A stretch of DNA of 63,393 nucleotides, filler included, from Basidioascus undulatus (GCA_000826855.1; 10 parts of 10 records of this genome joined end to end with filler, not necessarily neighbours in it); one strand, 5' to 3'; shown: positions 12,801-26,196, counted from the first letter of the whole stretch. The notes: a model not told the origin generated them from the letters alone. Made by a program: numbers and translations.

Positions 12801-13936
12801 CGGCATGCCTACAGCGCCTACGGCGGCGACCCCACCCGAATCACGATTCTCGCGCACGGGCTCTCGGCGCACGTCGCGCTCTACACGACCTTCCAGGAGG
12901 CGCTCATGAACGGCCGCAGCGAGTTCGTCCGCACGGGCGGCGACGAGCGCTTGCTCCGCAGCGGCGTGTTTGAGAACCAGGAGGTTTACGCTGTGCGTTA
13001 ACGCTCTCTCCCTGGCTTCCTCTTCTTTTCCATGGGAGGGGAGGGATGGGAGAATGCTGATTGTGTGTGGGCGGGGGAACGGGGACAGCAAGACGTACCC
13101 ATCCCGCGCGTGCACTCGCTCTTCCTCCTCGCAGGGATCTATGATGTCCAACTCGCCATGTCCGTCCCCATCCCCTCCCCTCTTCCCCTCTCCCCTTCCT
13201 TCTCCCTCTCCCCTGCTCATCCTCCCTGGCGCGGGAGCAGGAAGCGCGAGTCTCAGCGCGGGGTCGAGCACATCTCCCCGCTCCGGCGCTTCTTGGGACC
13301 GTCCGCAACCGCCGCGTGGCTCCACTCGTCCGCGCCCCTGCTGTTCGCCAGCAAGGCTATCGTGATGCCTCGTGCGTCTTCCCTTGACTAATTTGGGGGG
13401 CGAGGGGGGGAGCGTGGGACGCTGATGGGAGTGTGGAGGAAAAGAATACTTTCCGGAGAAAATGGTTTTCGTTGCGGGGGGGAAGGACGTCGGTGCGTCT
13501 TCATTTTCTCTTTCTCTCTCTCCTATCGCTCCTTCTTTCTCGGACCCCTGCTCACCCTCGCAACGCATCAGTGGTGCCCATCTCCGAGTCCCGCCTCATG
13601 GCGGCCGTCTCCGTCGGCCTGGGGCTCGACGCGACGGACCACCTCTTCTCCGAGCTGGGCCACGTCGACGCGCTTAGCTGCTTGTTCTGCGACGACGCGG
13701 GAAAGTATACGGGGGACATTACGGAGCTGCGTGAGTGGTCTGGCTTTTCTCGGGTTGAGGGCGGCGTCTTTTTTTCTCCTGGAGAGGGAAGGAGAGAAGA
13801 GGAAGTTGATTTTGGGAGGGGTTGGGGGGTGCGGGTAGTGAGGAAGTTGGTTGAGGATGAGGATTTGGTGGGGAAAGAGGGGTTGGGTGAGAAGGAAGGG
13901 GCGATGGAGAAGGTGGGGGAAAGGAAGGGGAGCTGA
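12801..13936 (+). CDS. Alpha/beta-hydrolase-fold protein (isoprenylcysteine methylesterase/carboxylesterase-like), 5' truncated
   Basis: AYGGDPTRITILAHGLSAH, LFLLAGIYD, MVFVAGGKD..VVP, ELGH across GT-AG introns; stop at 13936. Confidence 0.78.
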
Positions 13937-14698
13937 TAGGACGTGAGAGAGAAGGGGAGGGAAGGGACGCTTCTTGAGGGGTCTGAGAGAGGACGATTGT
14001 TGTTATGATACGCTGTTGTTCAGTTCTTCAAGTACGTGCGTACTTGTGTGTGGGTCCGAAATGCCAAGGGCTGCGGGATTTCTGGACAATCTATTCATGA
14101 GTATGCGTACGGGCTACCCAAGAATTGTACAATTGGAGCACAGTGACTTGGTCGTGCCCAATGTACCATTGCACAGCCCCCGAAACGTTCCCTGCAGAAT
14201 TTCAAATTTCTTCTTTTGCTTCATGTTGGCGCTGAGGGAATCCCGAAGTGGAAGAAAGTCGCTCGTCACCTCTCTACCCGAAATCACAGTGCACAGCGGC
14301 GGCGGCGAATGGCGATTTTCAATGACTATCTTGTTACACTAGCTAAAGAGTTTTGGAAATTGTTTTTACCACCAGTCACCAGGCTTCTGAGGGGTTGTGT
14401 CCGAACTTGTGGGAACAGGGCGAAAGGGCAGAGGGCGAACGCTTCGACTTTCATCGACTGGTACTGCGAGCCTGCGAGGCCCGACTGCACCGTGGCTTAG
14501 ATGAAGATCTTTGAGAATGAAAGAGTTCATTCCAACGCGCTTATAAAGCATGAAACACGCTCACCTGAAGGGCGGCTTGTTCTATGAACTTGCCTGCCGT
14601 ACTACCCACAGCGGCGCCGGCGTGTGGTCCTGAGCCGTGGCACCTGTTGCCAATACGTTACATTCTTCCACGGCCGTACACAGGTGCCGAAATAATGT

Positions 14699-14765
14699 AG
14701 CCCTTCAAAAGACAGTCATCTTTACAAATATGGAGCCCTTCAAAAGACAGTAATCTTTACAAATA
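14699..14765. repeat. 35-nt tandem direct duplication
   Basis: AGCCCTTCAAAAGACAGT[C/A]ATCTTTACAAATA twice, starting at 14699 and 14734. Confidence 0.9.
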
Positions 14766-16857
14766 GTCGAACCTTTCGTGCCAAAGTGCAAGCATGCAGC
14801 TCCTTTGTTTGAGGCAAAGAGCCTCAGAGGTAGAAAGCCTGACTTGCCTCCGTCTCATCGCCATTCGATGCTTGTTGCAAGTGCTCCGTGAAGCATAATA
14901 GAGCAGGAAGTTCAACCTCAACCACTTTCATTCTCTTCCTTCCACACTGCCCCGCCACCCGCCGCTATACACTCTCGCACTCCCGTCCATCACACCCGCT
15001 CCATTCACCAGAGATGGAGCCTCCTGTTACTTCGCATTTAGATATAAGCAACGTCTCCACCCCGTGACTCCTAGCGCTCTACAATTAAGCATAACGGAAT
15101 GGCTGCGACGCCTTTTTCTTTCACTCGCGACGTGGTGCCGAGGGGACACCTTTGGTAGGGTTTGCCGAGTGTCTATTTGCATCTGGCTTTTGTCATCTAG
15201 TCCAGTATTACACTTCATTGCTGGTGTTTTTTTTTTGTAATGTAGCAGCAGCTAGACAAAGCAATTGGAGAGGTATCGGATCATGGGCTGGGACGTTCAG
15301 CGCGCGGCCAGCAGTCGGCACACAGTATCCGGTTCCACTCCAGACGCTCAGTTCAACGACCAATGCACCCTACAAACAGAGACTCCCTCTACGGCCCCAT
15401 CCAGTCCCAATCCCATTGGACAGTTCTGTTAGAGCTCCACACCCCCGCTATCAACGGGACCAACCCCTGCTCATCAGGCTGGGCCCCGGACAAAAATCTC
15501 TATTCTTCGTCATCAAAGTAGGGGTGCCATGGAACTCACATATTCAATCTGCGCGTGTGGTCTGTGGTAGCGCTCACAGCTCGACAATCGCCTTGGCAAG
15601 GTCCGCCACCGTTACGCCTTCGACGCTTCAAACGACGCAATAGCGCAGGAGGGGATAGGGTGAGCTACTTGATCGCTCTCTCCAATACGGAGACAAGTCG
15701 ACCCGGTCCCCTGCACAGACTCAGCTGGGGCATGTGAACTTCGATGAGCTGCGCGAGCCGTATGCGCGGCTAGACAAGGCGTCCTCTGCCTCCGTTGTTC
15801 GACTTCCTACCTGTCGGTGCGTGGCACTTTTCTCAGTTGCTCGCTGGAGATACATTCACAGAGCTTGCACGTCTTGAAGAAATTCTGCCTTTCTCATGCC
15901 TGTTCCGGCGCCGACTCAGCCAGCTCTCCCCCCGCCGCCCGCGCGGAGAGAAGGAGAAGCCAGAGTTCCGCCGCCAACTGCGCGCACCGCCAGCAGGAGC
16001 TCCTCGTTCGGCAGCTGGGTGTCCGCTCGAGAAGAATATGAAGAGGGCACCGAAGACCCCCCCAGCCGAGGATCTCGGCGTTCGCGCTGCGGGGGCAGAG
16101 CCCGACAAAGGCGTCCCTGCGGCGGAGGTCGATATCGGCGTTCGAACCGAGGAACTCGAGGAGCCAGTCAAAGTCGACGTCGATGATGGAGCTCGGATGG
16201 AAGCGGGAGACTATGGCGCTAGGTGGAAGAGGCCGCGGTGGCTCCGTCGCGGGGCGTGTTCGGAGGCGGTTGGGATGGCTGCGGCGAATTTTTGCTGGCT
16301 CGCGGCGTGGCGACTGAGGTTGTTGAGCATGAGGATATTAGGAGTGCTGTGCTGTCCAATGTAGATATAGGACGTGATTCTCGCATTATACAGCCTCTCG
16401 CACAGGTCGCAGTTTCACCCACTGTGGACGTGCGGGCGACAGCTTTTCGCTGCTGTGACTGCTCGCTGCAGCAAGGCGACATGAAAGCAGTTAGAACCTC
16501 TGAAAGGGACTAAAGTCACTATTAACCTGCAGTGGAGGCAGGCACCACATATACCAAACAAGTGGCACGTCATTAACTGAGCAATTTTTCATGTCAGGGG
16601 ATGTGTGAAGTGGTTGAGATTGGAGTTGCGCTCATGATGATGTAAACCAGCAGCGGAACGAAACGGAATGAACAAGGCCGATCGCGTGAAAAAAAATACA
16701 GGCTTCTGAACGGAGATGCGTTGCGTATGTGAGGCGAGAAGGCAAACAATGGGAGACTTGGAAAACTGAAGAAAGAATAAGAAGGGTTGCCACGACGACT
16801 TTCAAAAACGGTCGGCGCCGTGGACGTGTTTAGGCGGGCACGTCGCGCGCGCTACTC

Positions 16858-19025
16858 CTAATAGCGCGGGTAGTTGGACTGCTGGCCCTGCTGACCCCAG
16901 CCGTAGCCCTGGAAGCCGTAGTTGGTCTATCACGACGACAGCATCCAAATGTCAGTCCTCGATATCTCTTTCCTTTCATTCGCAACGAAAGCGAGAAAGC
17001 AAACCAGAACGCACCTGAGGCTGACCGTACTGCTGCGCGCCGAAGCCGCCGTACGGCTGCTGGGGCTGAGGCTGCTGGCCCTGAGCGCCAGCACCCGGGG
17101 TCTGCTTGTCGGCCGCGCCGGCCGCACCAGGGCGCTGGGCGTCGGCGTACGCGCCGCGCTGGGGGCCGGTGGGCGGCTGCTTCTGCTGGACCTGGGCGAT
17201 GGGCGAGCCCGTCTGGCCGAGGAAGTTCTCGTACGCGTTGGGCTCGTACGCGCCGTAGGGCGAGGGCGAGTGAGCCTGCGCGTACGGCGACGCCGTCTGT
17301 GGAGGCACGCCCGCGGGCTTCTGCGCGGCCTGCGGGAGCCCGGCGGGCTGCGGCGCGTAGAGCGGGTACTTCGGCGGGAAGGGCTGGCCGTAAGCGGCGG
17401 GACCTGCGAAGTTCAAGACATGCATCGTGAGCAAATTTGCGTCGATGTTTGGCTACAAAGAACACGTGCCCTGCTGGTAGAAGCTCGGCGCGCCGTATGC
17501 GTACGGGTTGAAGTAGTACGGGACGGGGGCGATGCCGGGGTAAGCGCCCTGCTGAGCCTGTGCCTGGGAAGCAGAGGGCTGGACGATCGCACTGACAAAC
17601 GCCAACAAGCTCGCGTCAGTACCTCGACCCGCACTTCGACCTCGACCGGAAAAGAGGCGATCAACGTACGCCTGAGACGACGGGGTCTGGTGGCCGGCCG
17701 AGGGACCAGTGGGCGGCGCGGGCTTGGACGGGTCCTCATGTTGTCCGAGGTGCGAGCGCGAGCCGAACGCAGACTGGACGTTCTGCTGGCCGTAGAAGTT
17801 GGCCTGCTGCTCAGCGGCGAACGCCTAACCGCAACAAGCACAACCTGTCAGTGTCTCATTCTCCAAACGCATCCCCAAATCCCCGCTCCACCATCCCAGG
17901 CACCAAGAGGGGAAAGGAAGAACGCACCTGCTGCGCAGCGTTGGCGTAGAGCGCGGCGTAGTCTGAGTGTGAGCCGCCGAAGCCGGTGAGGTGTCCGTGC
18001 TGGCCGAGGCCGCCGAACGTGTTGCCGACGCCGTACGCGCTGGGCTCGGGCTGCTGCTGCTGCTGCTGGGCGGCCGGGCCAGTGGGAGGAGGCTGCTGCT
18101 GCTGGGCCGCGGGGCCAGTGGGAGGTTGGTGCGCGGCGGGGCCCGACGGCGGCTCGCGGTGCTGCACCTGCTGCTGGTGCTGCTGGTGCGCCTGGTGCTG
18201 CTGATGCTGCTGGTGCTGCTGGTGCTGCTGGTGCTGCTGGTGCTGCTGTTGCTGGTGCTGGAAGTACGGCGCGTACGGGTCGCTCGGCTGGTGCTGGTGG
18301 CCGAAGTGCTGCGCGGCGTTGAACGCAGCGAGGCCGGGCACCTCGGCGGCAGTCGTCTGCGTCTGCGCTGCCGCGGACGAGGTCTGCGGCTGCTGCGGGA
18401 CGGAGGGCGCCTCGTGGACGACCGATTGTGGCTTGGGCGGCTCGGGAGCCTGGGTAACGGGCTCAGGCTCGGGTTGGCTGGAAAAAAGGAAGAAAGGTCA
18501 GCAATAAGCGCCTGGAACAGAAGCAAATGGTAAACTCACGGCTCGTCAAAGCTCGGCTCGTCCCCGAGAAGGCTCAGGCTGCCGAACTGCACGCCGAGCG
18601 GTGCGGTGCTGAAGCTCTGCGACGTGCGGTCGCTGATGACGACGGCGGCGTCCTGACGCACGCGCTGGGCAGCGCGCGACGAGGGCTTTTGGAGGCCGAA
18701 ACCGGGCGGGCCGCCAGCGGACGGCGCAGGCGGGGAGACGGCCTTGGGCTGCTCGGGCTCGGGCGCGGGGGCCTCAGCGACGGGCTCGGGAGCAGGCGCG
18801 GGCGCGTCCCATGCGGACGTTGGCGCGGGCGTCTCCGCCCAGGCCTGCTGCGGCTCCTCAACGGCGGGAGCGGCGGGCGCGGGAGTCTTCCAGGCGTCGG
18901 TGGGCGCCGGCTCCGGCTCGGCCGCAGCGGGCGCGGCGGCAGGCGTGCCCTCCCAGGCGCTCGACGGCGTGGGTGCGACGGGGGCGGGCGCGGCCCCGGC
19001 AACCGGGGCGGGAGCGGAGGTGTCG
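16858..19025 (-). CDS. Def1/UBAP2(Lingerer)-like Gln/Gly/Tyr/Pro-rich protein, C-terminal part, 5' truncated
   Basis: RQDAAVV...LGVQFGSLSL motif followed by Q/H/G/Y-rich exons with clean GT-AG introns; ends QQSNYPRY* at 16858. Confidence 0.7.
18160..18262 (-). repeat. Coding (CAG CAG CAC)n repeat encoding (QQH)n
   Basis: TGCTGGTGC units on + strand; translates QHQQQQHQQHQQHQQHQQHQQHQAHQQHQQQ. Confidence 0.9.
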
Positions 19026-19125
19026 NNNNNNNNNNNNNNNNNNNNNNNNNNNNNNNNNNNNNNNNNNNNTTAATTAATTAANNNNNNNNNNNNNNNNNNN
19101 NNNNNNNNNNNNNNNNNNNNNNNNN
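19026..19125. other. Artificial contig linker
   Basis: 44 N + TTAATTAATTAA + 44 N. Confidence 0.98.
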
Positions 19126-20903
19126 GGTAGCGAGGTGGGGATGTACTGATGAGAGAGGACTGTAGGACGCTGGGGGCGGCCGTACTTGCGATGGTGGAGA
19201 ACTATACACGACGGGACCTACGGGGCTGAGGCGATTCATTTGGTTAGCGAGTTTGGACCAGCTGCATCGCAGGAGTGTGCGACGTCGTGCAAGGGCAGAC
19301 TGTGGGACTCATGTAGTACTATAAAAGCCGGCACAGCGGCACCCTTTCCAAATATGATAGAGAGTTTCTGAAGAATTAACAGATGGCCAACTGCTGTTGC
19401 AGCGTGCCGGAGCCGACTTCGACTCCCGGCTCACATTAGCCAGTCGACAAGTCACACAATCAAGATGCCTCGAAAGTTTTATCCTTCACAGCGACTCGAG
19501 GGAGAGAAATTGAATGTCTTGATTGAGCTCGATGTTTTGTAGGCGCTTTTGAGAAGAAACCAATGCAAACGACGGCAGCGTGTGACTGCTGCGTGCAGTG
19601 CTGCCGCAAGTTCTCTGGACGCAAGCTGTCTGAACAACTTGTCCCATGAGATAATCTTCGATGGCTGGTGAGAAACTTAGGATTGAGTTTATAGCGGTAA
19701 GTCGTGCACGACAACAGCAGTACCGACCAGGACGCAGTCCCGCCTTCCTGAGGGCTTGCTCGATCCGCTTGGAGACGGCCGCTGTGGTAGTCAGGATGCT
19801 ACACTCACATCCACCATAGGCTACACCACCTACTTCGGTTATATTTTAAGTCTCATGGCCAGGCAACTGAAGGTCCCTGCTTGCACTTTTAGCTCATAGC
19901 TTACTTCCGGGCCGGTCAGCTGGCGTTCAGCATTCATCGAGGGCTAGTCGTGCCGCCGCCCGGCACCTGGTGCTGAAGCTGGATATGCCTTGGAGTTGTG
20001 TAGCCATTATCCCACGTCTGAGGACCAGGCAGCGTTGAGGTCTGGCCTGAGGGTGGGGTTCAACCGATGCAGATGATCCGACATGCCTCTCCTGCTTCCC
20101 CTGTCCGTCCACCCACCCAATATCCATCCTTTGTTCAGCTCCATCAACCACCCCAAAGAATTTATATCCATATCCATATCCCTCAAAACCTCTACAACAT
20201 GTTCCTCGTCAAGCCGATACGATATGAAAGCCGACATGCCACACAGCGAGGTCAGACGCGCCCTGTGGGCGAGAGTGCATTTGGGATGTGGTTCACCGAG
20301 GAGCCGGATTCCGGACACCCCTCTACGGTGGGGGTAGGAAACGTTCGCCCCAGGTTCCTGCCCCCACGCTGGTACCGCTGTGTCGCCCGCCGCCTGCCGG
20401 AGCCTGAAACAAAGGAAGCGCAGAAGACACGAGGAGGAAGATAAAGGATCGGCCGCGACGGTACGCGTGAAGAAATAGGGAGACTAAGGGGAAAAGATCC
20501 AAAGAAAGTAAACTTCCTGCGGAAACAGGTGGTGGAGAGGCGAGCGGCGACCGCCCGCAAGAAGAACGGCCGGGACGGTCGACCGCCACTCGACGGTGCT
20601 TTGCGGGCAGCGTTCGCTTTAGAATACAAACGATGGATCTCGTGCCTCGTCCTGAGGTACACTCCTAAACCGCGCTGCATTATGAACAGGGAAGCACATG
20701 TTTGCCTCCCCGCTGCGCCAGACGAACGTTCGATTGTTTGAACCTCATTCAGGCTTCGTGGGCCTTTGTTCGAGCTACATTGAATTCAGCTTGCGCGACA
20801 AACGCTCCCTCTCGTTCCTCTCTTTGCTCCTGCCCGTCACCTTCCCAGAGTCGACTTTTCGTAGCCGATCTCCAGCCACAGCGCACTGTTTACACTTCGT
20901 CTA

Positions 20904-22034
20904 ATGTCTGGCAATCGAGGCATCTCTCTTGAGCTGATGTCTCTCATCATCAGGTTCGCCTCAATAGGCGCGTCCCCTGAGGACAAGCTCCAGTACGCGC
21001 TCGTCTGCAAGGCTTGGACGGTGAGTATCGCCCGGTGCGGGGTTGCTTTACACCGTTGGACTGAGCTTTAGCCCTTCCTTTCCACAGCCTTTCGGGCTAG
21101 AGCACCTCTACCGCTCTATAGATTTGGACTCAGAGTCCACTAGGGTCAAGCTCGTCTACCTTCATCAGCAACAGCTCCTCGGGCTTGCCCATGCTTCGCT
21201 CATTCGGGTCATCGTCTTTCCCGATCGAGGCGCCGATGACCCATTCGTGTCGTCTGCCACACTCATCCGAATTTTCGACATATTTTCGGCTCTGACTACC
21301 GTCCACGGTCTGGCCTGGGATACTTTACGCTTCAGACACTTTGATGCTATTCTGTCGCTCGCCCTTCTTCGCTCGAACACCACTCTCACGAAGATATGGG
21401 GCTTGCACTTCACCGAATCGCTTGGTTTTGTCGTTGATCTTCTAAACGCCTTGCCAAACCTCACGATTCTAAATCTGGTGACGAGCGGAGTACTTGAACG
21501 CACTTCGGCAAACCTGGTGCTCCAAGACTGGAGCGACTTTCTGGACTACGCACATGGAACACTCGTGTATGGCATCCCAACAAGTCCCACTCAAAGCATA
21601 CCTTCCGTCCATGACTCGCTTCAAGTCGTTTTCATACGGCAACGAAACCAGCCTTGTGCCGCTTGTACTGAGATGTGTCGGTGCGACGGTCTTATGGCTT
21701 GACTTATACTTCCCTGACGGCATGTCGGTTGCTGCAACCAATGTCCTTAGCATGCCGCACCTCCTTTGGCTCTCACTGCGTCAGGACGACCTCCTTCCTG
21801 ACGGCTCACTGTTTGCTCTTAGGCATCCGCATTAGGCAGCATCTCATTGTCACTCAAGTGGCGTTCGTAGCATTGGGGAGCCATGCACACTGGAATACAT
21901 TGGTGCTTTTCCGCGTGTGTGCTATTGGCACTTCCCTCTTGGTTCGCCGGGCATGGGGCAGGATGTGTTCGGCGTCATGCAGTGGCTTCAATGAGACAGT
22001 TGCTTGCGACAGCCGCTCTGGGGCACCTTCTTAG
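20904..22034 (+). pseudogene. F-box/LRR-like gene, frameshifted
   Basis: MSGNRGISLELMSLII...YALVCKAWT, intron 21021-21087, PFGLEHLYRSIDL, LNALPNLTILNL; coding-like text switches frame near 21620 and 21835 with no evident introns. Confidence 0.55.
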
Positions 22035-22439
22035 TTCTGATTATATGAGCGGAAATATCATGCATATCGCCTCGTCAGATTCCTATACAGCTGCTGAGGC
22101 TGCTGAGTCGGATGAGCGGGGCGGGGGGTAGTCGGCGGATAAGTTTAGGACGCTCTGAGGTGCGAGGTAGATCGGGAAGCGAGTGGCGGAAGAGTGCTAG
22201 GTGGTATAGAAGAGCAGAGGAAAATCAGGGAGGTGGGGTGATGTACGTGGTTGTAGAACGCTGGCGCGGGCGTGCTTGCGTAGGAGGTTAGAAACAGCAT
22301 AGGACCGAGGGGGCGCTGCCAATTGCTGTGGCGATTCATTTTATCTGCGGGTTTGGAGGATCTGCGTTGCGGAAAAGGGCAGACCACAAGGTTACGTGTG
22401 CTGTAGCAACTGGCATAGCACCATTGCCTGCATTGTTTT

Positions 22440-23292
22440 AGCGGGTACCTGTACCGGTGCCCCATGGTGGCAGACTTTTCTCGCCGGTCACCCGTGTATC
22501 GAGGTTCTCGAGCTGTTCGGCCATGCCAACATCCTTTTTCTCTCGAACTGCCTCTCACTTCGCCGCCTGCGCCTCAGCGCGCACCTCACTTGCGGATCGC
22601 TGCTCCAGCGTCTCGACACGCTGCCCATCCTTCACCTGCTCGAAGCGCTTGGCGAATATACATCAGCCAGGTATCGACGGCGGAGCCTGATGTGAGGGGC
22701 ACTTTCCGGACGCGAGGACTCGGTAGCTCACCCCCTTTCAGACCTTTCCGTCATCTAACAAGCCTTTTGCTGACATTCTTTTCTCTAAACTGCCTTTCTA
22801 GAACTCTGTCGCTTCCTTGATCTCCGCCCTCCCGTCACTTCACTGTGTCCACGTCTCGGGCCGCGTCGCCCCCATACCCTGCTTACCCTGCTCCACTTCG
22901 CCTCCGCACCTGTCGAGCTGGGAGGAATCCTTGGAGGACGGTGCGACGGCGGAGACCGAGGACGACGATCTGCGCGAGGCGGCGGTCAAGAAACAGGTCT
23001 ACGCAGAGAATGACAGGCGGGCGGTCGACTGGATCAACGCGGGCCAGCCTCGCTCCGAGCCGCGTTCGAGGACCTAGGGAGGAAGCTGAGCAAGCTGGAA
23101 AGGGTGTGCTGCGAGGACTTCTTGAATGATGAGCTGAGCTACAGGGTCGCTCCGAACTGGGGCGCCAGGATCAAGAGGAAGGGAGAGAAGGTTGCGTTGA
23201 GGGGTGGGTTCTACTGGTGGGACGGCGAGGTTCGCTGGCGCGATGACGGACGGTTGGAAGATGGGGAGGAGGAGACGAAGCTGGAGCCTTAA
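22440..23292 (+). pseudogene. Second degenerate LRR/F-box-type C-terminal fragment
   Basis: FLAGHPCIEVLEL, LRRLRL, LISALPSLHCVHV; in-frame TAG at 23075 and frame changes before ...FYWWDGEVRW. Confidence 0.4.
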
Positions 23293-23905
23293 TAAGAGAT
23301 AAACGTTCGCATCTGCTTGGAAGTCCTGCATGTACTTCCAAACGACAGCGTGCCCGGACAGCCGCCGGGCCCCATTCTCTCGCGCTCTGATAAATTCAGA
23401 AATCGAACGGAGACGAGCGAATGCGGCTGTCGTCGCGCACAATCGGCCACCCTCCGAGTGCATGCAACCACCCTACGCAGCGGTTGCGCCACGTCCATCC
23501 CATAAACACGCTAGATTCCCCATGTTCTTCAATATGTTCGTGAAGTTCAGGACCAATCAGATTCCTGAGATCTTCGATGACAGCTCGCCACGCACAAACC
23601 CTCACACGTACACGATCAGGAGCAACGCCTGGTCAACCGCAGTTGATGATGAGGTATCAAAGAGAAAGAAGGAAGATAAGCATGCAGGACGAAGGAGTGT
23701 GTATCTTTGCGTATGTGTAGCGTTTACAAGACCAACCAGACAAGACAAAACGAGAACGAGGAGACACCGGAAAACAAGGGGACGTATGTTAATCGAGGCG
23801 ATCAGAACGATAACCCCGAAAAAGATGAGGGGGGAGAGGAGCGAGAATCAAAGGTCGAAAGGAAAGAAAGGTCCATCGTCGGCCAACCGACCTCTCGCAC
23901 GGCGC

Positions 23906-25388
23906 TCACTTGGCCTCGCGACCTGCGGGGGCGCCCACGCCCGTGCCTGCGCTCGACGGGCGCTGGTTGCCCGTCGTCTGGGGGGACAAGCGCGCGGGCG
24001 ACTGCCCCTGCGATCCGGGCGTGCCAGCCATGGGCGAAAAGCCCTGGGGCGCGCCGTACATCGACATCGGCTGCGGGGACATCATCATCTGCGGCGGAAC
24101 CGGGGACGCGCCGCCGTACTGCGATCCGCCTGCTTGAGAGCCGGCCTGCAGGTGCGTGGCGATATCAACGTTATCAGCATCGCGGTGGACCCGGATGGAA
24201 GGTGAGAGGGTAAGAGAACGCACCTGCGACAACTGGTACATCGTCATCTGGTATGCCTGCTGCGCAGCCATCATCGCCTGCATGGCAGCCTGTTACGCGT
24301 GCCACCAGCGCCGATCAGGCCCCAATTCAACTCACCCGATGCGAGCGCGAGAGGAACGCACCTGTTGCTGGGCCTGCCCGCCCATGCCCATGCCCATGCC
24401 GCCCATGCTCGGGTCGCCAAAGAATGGCTGGGGCGCAAACGGCGGGAAGCCGCCCATGCCCATGCCCATCATGGGGTTCATGCCGAACGGCGGGCCCATT
24501 CCGCCCATCATCGACATGCGCGCGTACGGGTTGTTGTAAGGATCGAAGCCGCCTGCTCGAGGACGCTCCCCCAATCAGCCACGCTACTCAAGAAAATGAG
24601 AACATCTCCGAACGCACCTTGCATCATGCCAGGATCCATCTGCCCCATACGGCCCATCTCCTCGAGCCTCCTCCCGGCCGCCTCCGCCGCGCGCTGGTCC
24701 CTCGCGCGCTCCGTCAACTGGGCGCCGAGCCCGCCCACGCGGTTCCTCTCCCGCTCGTGGGCAGAGATAGCGCCCAGCAGGCCCGCCTGGGGCGGAGGCG
24801 GCTTCTGCGGCACAGCGACGAGGCCGGATCCCGTCTCGCGCGCGATGGCCTCCATGTTCTTTGCGGAGCGGGCCTCGCGGTCCGCGAGCCCGGCCTGGAG
24901 GAGCCCGTGCGGCGTGAACGCCTTCGTGAGCGTGTCGTTCGCGTCGACGTCGACGAATTTGGAGTTGTCCGGCCCGTCCTCGTTCGGCCGCGGGACGCTC
25001 GTCCCGCTGTGCGTGTCCAGCACAGAGTTCCACACCGACGCGCGCTGCTGCTGCAGCGCGCGCGCTTGACGCCCGGGCGACTGTGGGCGCTGCGGCAGCG
25101 GAGCGTGGATCGTCGGCGCGTACGACTGCCGGTACTGCGACTGCCGGTAGTCTTCCTCCTCGTACCGAGGTCTGGTCCCCACCGTTGTCAGTTGACGAGT
25201 CGCCGCACAACGCGACCAATACAACGCACCGACTAGACGACCGATTCCTCCCGTCATAGTTAGGGCTCGCGCGCCCATTCTCGTACATGCTGAGTGTCGG
25301 GGGCTGCGGCAGTCCAGCGGCGGCGGCGATCTGGCCCGGCGAGGACGGGTACGGACCGGAGCCGTTCGTGGGCTGCTGCGGCGGCTGG
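23906..25388 (-). CDS. Caf120/Skg3-like protein C-terminus (Met/Gly/Pro-rich tail), 5' truncated
   Basis: TKAFTPHGLLQAGL...KPPPPQAGLLGAISAHERER...GGLGAQLTER and MQAMMAAQQAYQ; several canonical introns; family name from recall only. Confidence 0.6.
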
Positions 25389-25488
25389 NNNNNNNNNNNN
25401 NNNNNNNNNNNNNNNNNNNNNNNNNNNNNNNNTTAATTAATTAANNNNNNNNNNNNNNNNNNNNNNNNNNNNNNNNNNNNNNNNNNNN
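25389..25488. other. Artificial contig linker
   Basis: 44 N + TTAATTAATTAA + 44 N. Confidence 0.98.
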
Positions 25489-26196
25489 GAGGGGGGGCTG
25501 AACTGCCGCCACCTGGCGTTGGGAGGCGGGTCCCCTGCGGTAATCACCCGCCACCCATGACTCCTCCCGCAACGGGGAAAGAAACGGCACGAACTGCGCT
25601 CTTCGCCTACTCGAAAAGGTCGTCCCGGCGATGGCAGAAGAACTGCATTGGTATGAAATCCCGAAGTAGTCTCCGTCAGGAAACCCGGAAGTTGAGAAGG
25701 CCAGACGCATCCGGAACAGCGAGACAGCCTTGAAGAAAGCGCCCGGGTCCTCGCTCGAGCTCGCGTCCCACGGCGACGATTCGCGGGGAACGAGGGAGGT
25801 CGCGACGCGGGGGACTTCGTCCTTCAGGCCAAGCAAGATGCGGTTCTTGTCGAGTTGGAGCCGACGTCCGAGCATGAAGATGGGCGGGGGGTTGTCGTAC
25901 GGCGTCTGCGCAGGAGTGCGAGAGTTGTTCGATGTCCAGCTGTGAAGAAAAATTGGGAGAGATTAGTATTCCTCAGCGGACGGCGAGAATTAGCAGGATC
26001 ACGCACCCCTGACCAGCTCGAAAAATCCGCTCAACGTCTCGTACTGTCCCCACGAGAGGCCCCATCCTGCGATCAGGTTCGCCGTCGTCGCGAGGCACGA
26101 GCTGCAGCCCGCGAAGTCTTTCGGCAAGTACCCCCAGCTGCAGCGCGACTTGTGCGTTTTCCTTGGTCTTCTCGCTGACTGCAGCGCGCTGGTCAT
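25489..26196 (-). CDS. Hypothetical protein, 3' truncated
   Basis: Open frame running to the contig end, preceded by a GTGCGT...CTAAT...CAG intron at about 25940-26006; no family recognised. Confidence 0.3.

Noticed and set aside
14699..14765. 35-nt direct repeat as a mini-CRISPR
   Set aside because: Only two adjacent copies, no spacer, eukaryotic context and no cas genes.
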